A DNA stretch of 64,000 bases, taken from the NCBI RefSeq assembly GCF_036321535.1, contig NC_087436.1:66404001-66468000 (forward strand), read 5' to 3'. This stretch comes from Camelus dromedarius. Lineage: Eukaryota. Both the position numbers and the translations under genes were made by a program. Shown in pieces: positions 25,936-38,100 of the stretch (position 1 is the stretch's first letter; each line of letters opens with the position of its first letter). The notes beneath the pieces are model-generated. The model was not told the DNA's origin. It made no database searches and saw nothing but the letters and a program-made list of their open reading frames with translations.

Positions 25936-28900
25936 CACTTTCACCTTCTTAAGGAATCCTATTCTTTAGTTCATCAGCTGTAGTTTGGTTTGAAACATTT
26001 TACATTAAGCACCCTGCTATACCTCTCTGTCACTCCTGCACATAAAGAAAAAAGTGAATGATTATGAGAGCTGCTGAATTTTCCAAGATGAACCATGCAT
26101 GAAGTTCCAATCAGCCAGATTGGTTCAGTAAGTTATTCATAGCATCAAAGTAAAAGAAAAATGTTAAGTAAGTTCCTAAATACTTTGAGACAGCCTACTC
26201 TAAGTTTATCATATAAACACATTATATATCTGACACAAAAAATAATGAACCCTACTAGAAAGAAGTGGACTACAGCTCTATGTTTTGTTGTATGTGAAAA
26301 TTAAAAATTTAATATGCAATGATTAGGATAAATTTAGTAGTAAGTTTGCTTCATTTGACTTGTCCTCGCTTCCTATCACATCCCAGAAGCAAACCTGACA
26401 ACTATTTTATAGAATTATAATTAATTTTTCTCTCAATGTGTAGGAAATCTAAAAAAGTAAAAGAAAAGTAAAAAAATCACTTATTAAGTTTTATGGGGAG
26501 CTACTTTTAGTGTCAGTTTATGGTTGTTTATGGAAAAATACAACTACCTCAAATCTAGGGCTAAGTAATCAGTGTATCAGTTATAAATATGGGAAGCATC
26601 AAAACAAAAAAGATGTACAGATTGATCCTAAATATCTGCATTAGCTCCAATTTACTCAAAGACAAATGATCTTTCTATTATTGTCTTAAGAAACTGCCAA
26701 GAGAACAAAGCATAAATAGAAGTGCAGTTTGGATTCATAAAGAACTTGATCCCTTTACCTAGATTTTTTTTTTCACTTAGTGAGGTCAATATAAATATTT
26801 ATACTTTCTTTTAAGTCTTGGAAAGCATTTAGAATATTTGCCATGACACCTCTGTTTTTGGTGTTATTTCAACCAAATTACCTGTACATTTATTCCAGTC
26901 TTAAACAAATGAGGATCTAGGTTGTGAAAAGTTTAACTGATATCTTCTATTTTTCTTAATTTTGACCTTTTTGCTTCCATTCATTTTTAGGATCATGATA
27001 TTCATGTTAAACCTTAAATATAAATTTGTATCATTCTATATTTAGGTCCTGGCAGTTAAAATACTAAAGAATGCACTCTTTAAACATTATGACTTTCAAA
27101 TATTGTTAATAATATTTAGGATTTCTTTGACATCCCTAGTACCGAAATCAAATTTTTATATAGAAAAAAATAGGTCTAACTATACCTGGCTAATGTATGA
27201 AATGTGTTAACTAACAAATCAGCATATTAAACTACAGAGATAAAAATTAAATAGGAAAATGTTTAGACTAGTATTAATTTTATAGTGTATTTCTTTCCTT
27301 TTTGCCATCACTAGGCACTGAGAGATCTCTGCTGAAACTTGAATTATAGTAATGATATTCATTTATAAAAGGAATCAAGAAGTACATGCATTATCACTAA
27401 CAAGAAGAGAATAAAGGAACACTTCTTTGAGTGTGTTTTATAAAACAACAGTCCAGCAGGGTTCCAAGCAGCATTCTGTGAACAATAAAAACAAATATGA
27501 AGTCTTTCAACAAAAAAAAAGTTTAACTTAACTAGACTTTTCCAAAAGTATTTGAGGATGGCAAGGGATATTTCATGGAATTGATTTTCATGGAATATTA
27601 AAGAAATGCAGACATTAAAAAAAAAAACTATTTTGGCATTAATAAGAGCTACCTGCTTCAATGTCACATAAATATCAAATAATCACATACATGAAATTTT
27701 AGAAATAAGCTCATATATATTTTAAAGATTTATACAATACATAAGACAGAAGGCACAAGTGTAGATCTTAAAGGACTACAAAGTCCAAAAGATTGCATAT
27801 TATTAGCTACCATATGAACAGTAGTGTGTAAAATATAACCAAATACAAATTAAAACTATTTATTTGGTTATTCTATATAATAGGGTAAAATGGAAAGTCC
27901 AGCTTATCTGGTGTCAAAGAAAATCTAAAATCAGAAACAGTAGAAAAAAAGAAGTCCAAGATCTTGCTAAATATTGTGAAAATCAACCAGCATTCATCAT
28001 TAGTTTTACTTCTTTGTCAAAGAGAACAATAACACATTACAGGGATATATCAGGCAGCTTGGCTTTTGCATAATGTATGGCATAGCGGTATTCATCAGTG
28101 TGCATTCTTTGCCAATCAGTGGGACAGTTTCCCATTGCGCGGTGATGTAAAAGGAAGCCTGAACAACTGGAAATAAAGAATAAAGAAAAAAATGGATTTG
28201 TATAAAACATCCAAAAAATACCATGAAAATCATGTTTCAACTTTTTAACAAAATCTATGAGTGAAAGTTAGTTCAGCTAATATAGGGCAATGTTAAAATA
28301 CAGTAATCCTGGTTGTCACCTCAAAAATTAGGTTCATGGCTTTTTAATGCCAGTAAACAGCCTTAGTATTTTTAATGATATGAAATCAAAAACAATGTCT
28401 GTCAAAATAATTTTTCAAGTATGAGCAATGAATTTAAAGACTCTGTAGGTAAGTAACTCTACAAATATGAAACCCTGATTTTTTTAAAATCTATCTTCAA
28501 TTTAAGGTGTGATTAGTGCTCTAATCCATACATAGCATTGTGATAGATCGTGAAAGCACGGAACTGACACTGGACCAGGAAAAACACCTTTTAGTCACAT
28601 ATGTCTGCTGATTACCTTAAATAGGTTTTCCATTAGGCTTGGCACGTTGCTTAATGGTACATTCTGCCAAAGTAATGGTGTTCCTATGTCCCCTTTTGTA
28701 CATGTGAATTCAGGGTTATAAATTCATATAATTATTGCACAAACATAAAGTCCCAAGAGAAAAATTTCTCTACTCTGTTCCTTCCACATGCAGGTGTGCT
28801 TATTTTCCCATTAATATTAATATCCATTATGCAATAGAAACAAGCACTTCTTCAATTTTTTCCCCTAAAATCACTGCATAATATACATGTTGATAAATTT

Positions 28901-30779
28901 TAAATGATAGATACATTTACCTTAGTCTCTGTCACTCTACTTGAGTCTGAATGATTTTTCAAACCCTTATGTTATTCTACATAGCAAGGTGAAAAAAGAG
29001 AAATCAGATTCAATGTCATTCAAATTTCTTTAAGATAGTTTTGACTTCAGTTAATACTGAATTTAACTTTTTCTTCTCAGAAGGTCTTCTTTTTTTCGCA
29101 TATATTGACATATGGCAATATTTTTTCCTCCTGAGAAGATTTTATTACTACAAATTTATAGTATAAAGTTTTCATGACTTAAAAGTTCAGTGATTCCTAG
29201 AAGATATTAAATGTTACTACATTAATATTTAAAGTAAGTTTGTTCTGTTTTAATGATAGATGTTTTCATGAGTCTAATTCAATGTGGTTCAGAGTCAAAC
29301 TCTATCACTATCATTTGGTGAAACAGTGAAGTTTGATTGCTAAAGGCTGAATATAAACTTGCATAAAGCTTACAGCAAACTAATATTACAATGTTTCAAA
29401 TATAGAACAGCAGAAACTTAATGGTCTTTTTTTTCTTACTTTTGGAAAATAGAAAATGATTCTTAACTGGAACTGAAAATACTCATCCATTGTAAGTAGA
29501 TAAGAAACTATAACGGGCTCATTAAAGTGAAAATCCATAGCCAAAATTTCTCAGAAAATGCAAGAACTTTGCAGAGGAAGTTAATCAAAGACACAAAGCA
29601 TCGTACAAATTAAGTATGGGCTTGACACTAAGGGCGTAAGGATTTTAGACCAAGAAAGGACAAAAGATCTTTTAGTCCTTACATTACATGACATGAAGAA
29701 GTGATGCTCAAATTCAGATCTTCCAATTTCAAGTCCACTCTCATTTCCAGTAATAACTCCACTCTGACACACTGAAATGAATTATAAATCAGCATTTTAA
29801 TTCTATTTACGGAGAAAACCCAGTATTACGGCATGTAACTGTTCTCAATTATTTACTTCCCTGAAGAAGATTATGTGCGCCTACCATTGCCTTGTGATTT
29901 ATAATGTTTTGGGAAGAGCATTCTTCTCACCCCACTGGCAGATTTTGCCACGTGCCTTGTTTTTGGCCAAGTTTTTGGTACAAGTTCTAAACAGAAGGTT
30001 TAACCAGGCTTGTGTATTTCCAGCAGTGCACTTGCTCTTTAATTTTGCCAAAAGAACAATGTGCTTCTAATTTAGGACTCTCCTCAGCCTGAGCACCATG
30101 GAGCAAAGCTATAGAGTAAGCAAGAAATAAACCGTTATTATAGTGAGGCAGTTAATACATAGACGTCATAGAGAAACTGCTGTCCTAGTCGGGACTGTCA
30201 GAGATAATCTGGGTGTTTCAGCACAAAATATGAGATGTTCCAAAGCAGACTGAAGGTGAAAGAATACTGATAAGAAAATAAAGTATTAAAAATACGTTTA
30301 AAATGTGTTGCTGTGGGGTTTATAGGACAATTTATAAGGTAGATGAAAGTATTGAAACTCTTTTAAAATTTGTTTTGCTGAATTGTGTTCAAGAAATATG
30401 AGACCATGCACGGTTTAAATAACATGTACCCCAGACATATTTAGAGCACATAAAAACAGCAAACAGTTACTGAATTCTAATCACTTTGAATCAGGATGTA
30501 ATGTAATGCTCATGGAATTGAATGTGATGTGGTAAGAAAATAAGGCTTAGGGAAGTCATGTAACTTGCCCAAAAAACAACCTAGTAAGGAGACATTCTTG
30601 AATTTGAACCCAGGCTTGTAATATTGAAAGTCTTTTCATTTACTATATGTCTGTTCTTCAATCTCTTTGCTTACACCAGTCCATTAGGCTTTCTACTTCA
30701 CCCAAACATTTTTAGAGAAATAAATATAGATTGAGTCCACATTTCATTTAGAATCTCCAATATGTCAGCTGTCCCTTCA

Positions 30780-32270
30780 ACTCTCCTTGGAAACCCATTT
30801 CTGTTTCCTTAATTCTCTTCCATTTTAAATTGCTTTACCATGTAAAGTATCATTATCTTCCACCTTTCCCCTCATTACATATGCATGGTTTTCATGACCA
30901 AGGAATTCCCTCATTTTTGTTCCATTTAAGTCCTCATTCTCTTTTTCTTTTTCTTCCTCTTGCTTTGTACAATCCTTAATTTTTATCATATGAAGGAGTT
31001 CTAACTTAGGCAATCTTTTTTTCTCATTCTAGACATCCTACTAGTGTGGTGTCACTGTCACTCATGCTATATCTCTAGCCCAGTCCAAAACCTGTGTCTT
31101 ATCCCCCCAGGACCTCACATTACATAGAAACAAAATCCATCCTACTTTCCCAACCAAAAAGCTAAAAAAAATTCATACATTATTCCTAGATCTTCCTGTT
31201 TTAAAGCACTTAACCATTCATCAAACTTTGCTGTTCAATCTCCTATAATGTCTCTTTGATCCAGTTCTGAGACCATCACAATACCTCTGTTCCAAGCCAT
31301 GCTCATCTCACACGGAGGCAGTATTCCTCCTGCCACACACTCTCCCCTACTGTCCGTTGTTTACCATGAAGTCAGCGCAATTTATTTAGTTGTTTAAAAT
31401 TTTTACCTTTAGTCTATATTTTACTGAGATATATTTGACATATAATATTGTGTAAGTTTGAGGTATGTGATGTGTTAGTTTGACACATTTATGTATTGCA
31501 ATATAATTACTTTAGTAGGGCTAGCTAACACCTTTATCATGTCACCTACTTATTTTTTTGTGGTTGAAAACATTTAAGAGTTAATCTCATAGCAACTTTG
31601 AAGTTTAGGATACAGTATTGTTGACTATAATCACCATGCTGTGCAATAGATCTCTAGAACTTATCTATTAGTTGCAAGTTTGTACCCTTAAGCAATATCT
31701 TTCCAATTCCCCCACCCTCTAGCCCTTGGCAATTACTGTTTCACTCTCTGTTTTTAAAAGTTCAGTTTTTTTTAGTTCTTTATCTGAGTGATATCATACA
31801 GTATCTGCCTCTCTTTGTCTGATTTATCTCACTTAATATAATGCCCACAGGGTCCATCCATGTTGTTGCAAATGACAGCTCACTTGCTCTTCCTCTCTCT
31901 CTCTCTCTTACAGAGCAATGTACTTTTAAACATAAATCAGATCATGTTACTGACAAACCCAAACCATTTAGCACTTTATTTCATTTTGGGGAAAATATAA
32001 ATTCCTTATTGCAGCTAACTAGATTTTTAAAAATTTGACCCCTGCAATCATTTCTGCCTCTACACCATTCTAAATGGAGGGCCTTGAGTAATCCTGTATA
32101 TCTTCTGGTGTCTCAGATTACTCTCTCCAGAGCTGTTTCTTCTTCCTAAAACACTTTTTTTTCACAGTATTCTTTCCACCTGCCTAAACCTCATCCTTCC
32201 TCCTCATCTCAAATTCTTAAATATCACTTCCCCAAAAGGCCTAGATGACCTCTAGAAGAGCCTCCCACCT
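30780..32270 (+). mobile_element. L2 LINE fragment, interrupted by an L1
   Basis: Pyrimidine-rich L2 3' region (ctgttccaagccatgctcatctc; taaaacataaatcagatcatgttact; aaatatcacttcccaaaaggcc) resumes after the L1 insert. Confidence 0.6.
31385..31880 (-). mobile_element. L1MA9-like LINE-1 3' end
   Basis: tttactgagatatatttgacatataatattgtgtaagttt...ctataatcaccatgctgtgcaatagatctctagaactt...ccatccatgttgttgcaaatg; possible TSD cagcgcaat/cagagcaat. Confidence 0.85.
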
Positions 32271-32275
32271 ATATA

Positions 32276-32743
32276 CGGGTATACCTTGCTTTATTGAGCT
32301 TTGCAGATACTGCTTTTTACAAATTGAAGGTATGTGGGAACCCTGTGTCAAGCAAATCTATCAGCACAATTTTTCCAACAGCATTTTCTCACTTTGTATC
32401 TCTGTGTCATGTTTTGGTAGTTTTTGCAGTATTTCAAACTTATCATTATTATTATATTTTTATGGTGATCTGTGATCAGTGGTCTTTGATGTTACTATTG
32501 CAAAAACATGATGACCGCAGATGATGGTTAGCATTTTTTACCAGTAACATGTTTTTTAATTAATATATATACACTGCTTTCTCAAACATAATACTGTTGC
32601 ACACCTAATAGACTACAGTATCGTGTAAACATTACATTTATATGCACTAGGGAACAAAAAAATTGTGTGATTCACAATAATGCATTATTCACTCTATCAC
32701 AGAGGTCTGGAACTGAATCTGCAGTATCTCTGAGGTATGCTTA
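32276..32743 (+). mobile_element. Tigger1 internal-deletion MITE (Tigger1a_Art-like)
   Basis: Tigger1 left end (tttattgagctttgcagatactgctttttacaaattgaagg) joined to its right end (ggtctggaactgaatctgcagtatctctgaggtatgc); TA flanks. Confidence 0.85.
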
Positions 32744-33093
32744 TATTGTGACACTATCTTGTGGTTTCACTATTGCAAATTTAATCATATTTTAAATAAA
32801 TTGCCTAACTTCCTTGATAATGGAAACCTTTGTGAATGCAGAAACTTTTCCTTTTTCCTCTCTCTCATATCTGCATAGTGTCGAAGCATGCTTTATGTTA
32901 AAGCAACACCTTTCAATAAATACTGAAATAAATAATACTTTTGAATTAATAATCACATATCTATGAACATGTATCTAAAATCAAGGGTATACAACTGTAA
33001 AAGGAAAGCAAGATAAAATTTAAAGTCCTCTTTTATGACTATTTCTACTGAAAGGACTACAGCACTGATATGAGCAAACTGACAAGAATGATT

Positions 33094-33583
33094 ACAGCTC
33101 TTCCTTGACTTATGATGGGGTGATAGCCAATAAACCCATCCTAAGTTGAAAATATCATTAAGTCAAAAATGCATTTAATACACTTGACCTACCAAACATC
33201 ATAGCTTAGCTTAGTCTACCATAAATGTACTCAGAACATCTGCATTAGTTTCCAGTTAGTTAGGCAAAATCATCTAACACAATACCTATTTTATAATAAA
33301 GTATTGAGTATCTTAGGTACTTTATTGCATACTGCACTGAAGGTGAAAGCCAGAATGGCTGTTTGATACAGAGTAGTTGCAAGTGTATCGACAGTTCACA
33401 CTGCATGGCTGACTGGGACCCGCAGCTCGCTGCCGCTGCCTGGCATCATCAGTGAGCATCATACTGCATATCTCTAGTCTAGGAAAAGATCAAAATTCAA
33501 AATTTGAATGAGGGCTTCTACTGAATGTGTATATCTTTTGCACCATCATAAAGTTGAAAAATCAAAAGTCAAACCATCATAAC
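33094..33583. mobile_element. Tigger5/MER47-family DNA transposon MITE
   Basis: ccttgacttatgatgggg...aaacccatcctaagttgaaaatatc...aacatcatagcttagc...gctgactgggacccgcagctcgctgcc...aaagatcaaaattcaaaattt. Confidence 0.8.
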
Positions 33584-34249
33584 CTTCTGAATCGTATTTA
33601 TTTTAAAGGCAGCAAAAGCTCTAAATCTTGATATTAGAAGTCATGATAGCAAAATTGATATTTTAGCACATAGCAATATCTTTGCCTAGCATCAGCAACA
33701 TAGATGCTATTTTTTAAGTATAAAGCAACTGGAGATGTCACCAAGGTTACCTGTGGAGGAAATAAGAAAAATGGTATGAGCCACCAGGAAGACAGGTTTG
33801 CAGAGTACTTGTGAGATTCTCACTTGGGAATTCCCAGTTGTTTGGGATAAGTCAGCGTTGGTAACGGAATTAATTTCTCACAAGTAGATGGACTGAAATA
33901 TTTTCCTTTTAATACTCTGGCCGTGCTAATATCCTCATTTTTGTGTTTGTGTGTAGCCTAGGGAAAAGGAAATGGAATTGCATGGAGAAACCATTCTTTA
34001 GTGGGTAATTTCCCTTAATCATACCTTTCTGGAACTTGAATGAGAACATTCAAATTTATTATCAAAATGTTTATTAAAATAGGGAGAGCTATTATTGGAA
34101 TTAAGATCATTTTTCCTTTTAGGGAGCCATTAAATACAAACTTTAAGGCTAAATATCTAAGATTCCATTCAGATCTCAATTAATCAGTGATTCATCATAG
34201 TTAAAAAAAAGGGGGGGATATTAATAGATATACAAATAATACATACAAA

Positions 34250-35145
34250 CACATATACAAATGCAAATTCTACTTATAATAAGAGATACTAAAGTATTTT
34301 AAAATAAGAACATGTAACATTACTAATACTGAGGTAGCCATAGCTAAATCCATAAAAAATAAGTAAAAAACATTAAGAAGGAAAATGGCCACTATCCAGG
34401 AATATAAAATGGAACCAGATTATGGGGAAAAAAACACGACAGAAAATAAGCTAAATAAGCGGTAAGATCAAAATAAGTAAGTTCATATCAATTTTATTTG
34501 AACTATTCTGTTTGCAAACATGCCCTCTCCATAGATGCCAGTCTATACCAGCAGTATCACTGTAGCCTTGATTGTTTAGACTCATGAAGAAGCTTTGGTT
34601 GGAGATGATAAGCATAAAAGTGATGATGATGATGGTAATGATATGAAGAAGAAAAAGGAAAAGGAACAGAATAAAGAGAAAAGAAGAGCCTCTGAATTTT
34701 CCATAAGTTAATGCCAACTACTTAAATCAGTATCTCCTGTTACAGATAAGCAAAACCCATGCTAGTAACATAAATGGGAGAAACTACAAACTTCAATCTC
34801 ATAAAAGTAAAGCCACTCAGGAGTGGAGTGTCAGGTAGGGATTGTGTGAGAAAATAAAGTAGCAGAGCCCTTGTTGAGGTGACAAAATCACTCCACATCG
34901 AATGGAGGCCGGTTCTGAGTGAACCAATACTGCGGTGAACCTGTTGAATCAGAACACTGACTACTAAGAACTGAAAGAAAGGGCTTTGAAAGAGCATGGG
35001 AAAATAGGTGGACGAGTACCTTGCAGACAACTGGAGTAATCTGAAAATGGACTGCGCATTAGTCAGTATCGCATCAATGTTAAACTCCTTTGGTGTGATG
35101 ATGTTCATGGTGTTGTGTAAGAGAATATCCTTGTTCTAGGGATAG
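34250..35145 (+). mobile_element. Old L1M (L1MC/ME-type) 3' fragments
   Basis: aatctgaaaatggactgcgcattag...atcaatgttaaactcctttggtgtgatgat...tgtaagagaatatccttgttctagg is typical of an L1M 3'UTR; 5' boundary uncertain. Confidence 0.55.
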
Positions 35146-38100
35146 ACAATAAAACATATACTTTATTTTTACTCCCATTTCACAAGTGAGAAGCCAAAGG
35201 CACACACACAGATACACACACACACAAACATTAGTTAACATTTTGGAAGTCACATCTATACTTATTAGGAGATTCAGGAACTGAGCCATGACAATCTAAT
35301 TCCAGAGTCTGTGACATTAATGGCTTAAAGGCTTCTGTAAGAACACTTAAGGTGTAATTTCAGTTCTGTAACCTAAAATGTAATCATAAGCCAAATATTC
35401 ATCTTTTTTGAGCTTTGTTTTACCATAACGGTGAAATGGGGGACTTGGAGAAGAGACAGATACAGTTTCTTTCAGTTCTAAATTTCTAAGATTCTCATTA
35501 CCACACATGCCTTTTCCTTTGTGTTTTTAACTCACTGTAGCCCAAGTTTCAGTAAAATAAGAGGGATGCACATAAGGGCTCCTTTGCTCTTTTCGATCTA
35601 AAATTGCATAATTCTATACAAAGTTATTGCATCCTGACCCAGTTACTGAACTGAAGGTGAATTAGGTCATCACTGTTTAATGGACTGCACTCTCTGCAGA
35701 AGCTCTTGCATTGCCCTTGTATCAGGCTCAGAGGAAAATAGCCACTCTCTGATGTGTCTGGTGCCTTATCAAGATGACTGCACTGCCTGTTATGTGCTCC
35801 CTCACAAAATGCACGCCAATAGTTCTGCTTAATCATTTTACTCAAGAGCACTAAAACTAATGGCCCTTGCTTTAAGCACATGAAAAGACCAGAGTCTATT
35901 CAGAAACAGTGCATTTACCTAGCATTCTGTTTCTAAGAGAGTATGAGATAATATTAGAAATGTCTACTCTTTGGGGCCTAAGAATGGGAGAAATAACTAT
36001 AACAACATTTAAGATTATCTTGGAAGTAAGTCTTCTGCTGGAAGAGAAATTTTCAACTGTAGTACCATTTCTCTTAGCTGTTGAGTCAATTCAATTTAAT
36101 ATATCAATAGCATGAAGTATTATGTTATCTAATCCTACAAACTAAGTATGAAAAAGTATGATTAGTCAAATTAATATCATGTGATATAAATAATAGTTGT
36201 GAGTCTAGAGGTCCAGCCACCTGAAAACTGGAACAATTTTGTCAAGTTTCTCATTTCCATCAGTTTTATCTTACTTTGATGTGGTTCTTCAGACAAGGGG
36301 CATGATACAGGTAAAAACCTTGTGGTCTGTCTCTACCAGTTGATAATACTTTGGTCAATACATATATTTCTAGTCCTATTATGGTAGTTTTGATTTTTTT
36401 AAAATGTATTTTATAGATCCTGTGACTAAATAAAACAAATATTAAGATTTTGTTTTCTTATGTCCAAGAATATAATTCAACTTTGTAGTCCATATATTTT
36501 CAGCATTTTAAAAAAGGCTAAGGAATACCAATATTTTATTAGATTTTTGCTACAATTAGCATGGATATAAGACTTGACAAATTTTATGGGAATTAACTCT
36601 CACGTTAATGGCATCAAACTTCAAACTTTCAAATTCTCATAGTTTCACTGTTCCAGGCTTCAGAGATTTTCCTCCATGGCTGGGAACTCAAGCTCAAACT
36701 GGAAAATTGCACTCACTGAACATTCCTTAGGTTGATAGTGTGGAATATGAGCTCAAGGGATAATTTGCATATCTGATCTAAGCCCCCAACACCAGAGTTA
36801 AGAGGGGAGGGATTTTTGTAGAATAAGAACCTTCAGTAGTAAACATTTCCAGTTACCCTTCACATCTTATAACTATGACAAGGCCATTTAGCATTTGGAG
36901 ATGATTAAGTTTTCACATGCTTTTCTTCTATGCTACCTTCTGTTTTCCTTCATTTTAAACAAAACAGCTGCTCCTCCATTTGCCTCTTAAGGCATTTGGA
37001 TCGTCAAGCAGGCATTTCCATTTGATCTCACAGGCTGGGACTCATGGGTTTTGCACTAATTAAAGATGATAAGGTGAAAGTGAGACAGAGAAGGTCCAAA
37101 CCGTTCATCCAATAGTGAGAGTGTGTATTCCTCAAAATAAGCAAACGCTGCAGTAACTTTAAAGTACCCCCCCGACACTTTGAAGTTGTCTGTTGTACCG
37201 GCAAGTCTAAAATGGGACCCAGCCAAGACAGGCATTAGCATGTCAAAGAACAAGCTTCATTTTCACTGTGAGGACTCCATTTGAAGTCTTGTGCTCAATG
37301 CCATGGGACTCTGGAGGCGGCTGAATTACGTGCTGTTATTCCAGATGTGCATTGTCTCAGTAGAAATACAATTTCACAGTCATTAAACATGTTAAGCTAA
37401 TCAAGAGTCGATTACAGCAGAAAGCCTGATAGAAGTACTTCAAATTCTTGATAGAAGATTTGCCTATTGATCAGTTTATTGATTTTTATTATGTTAGTAT
37501 TAGACTGTTATTTCTCCATATTGTTATAATCAAAGTAATTGATCAGCCTTGGCTAATTCTACTATTGAACACTGCCCAGCAATGTATTTAGTACCAAATT
37601 TCTGTGCATTATGTCTCAATGAAGTAATTGCAAATATTTGCTGAGTTTCTTTTCTTCTCAACTGTATATCTAGCTAGCTTTTAATTAAGAAAAAGTTATT
37701 GTGCCCAATGAAAGCAAACCCATGCTGGCATAAATACGTAACTCCATGTTTGCTAAATCTTCTCATTTACAATTACACTGGCTTTTTGTCTTTAAACCTG
37801 ATTTGTATCTGAATTGAATAAAAGCCCTAAGAATTTAGCAAGTAAACTCTTAAAAGACAAATAGAGAAATAATGGGAAAATATTCTTCACCCAGAGACCA
37901 TATTCTCTAAATTTAAAAAGTCAAAGATGAGCCTAGGAATTTCGAGAATTCTCAATTATTAAAAATAAACACAAATAAATAAATTCTTAAAAATAAATAT
38001 AACATGAGAATTTTATGCAGTTACAAGATAAATTTCATTAATAATTTTATGCTATTTAAGAATTTTCTTACTGTCTTTATTTTGAGGGATAGATAAATAT

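Noticed and set aside
28420..28454. Consensus donor TAG|GTAAGT on the plus strand
   Set aside because: No convincing upstream acceptor; isolated donors occur often by chance.
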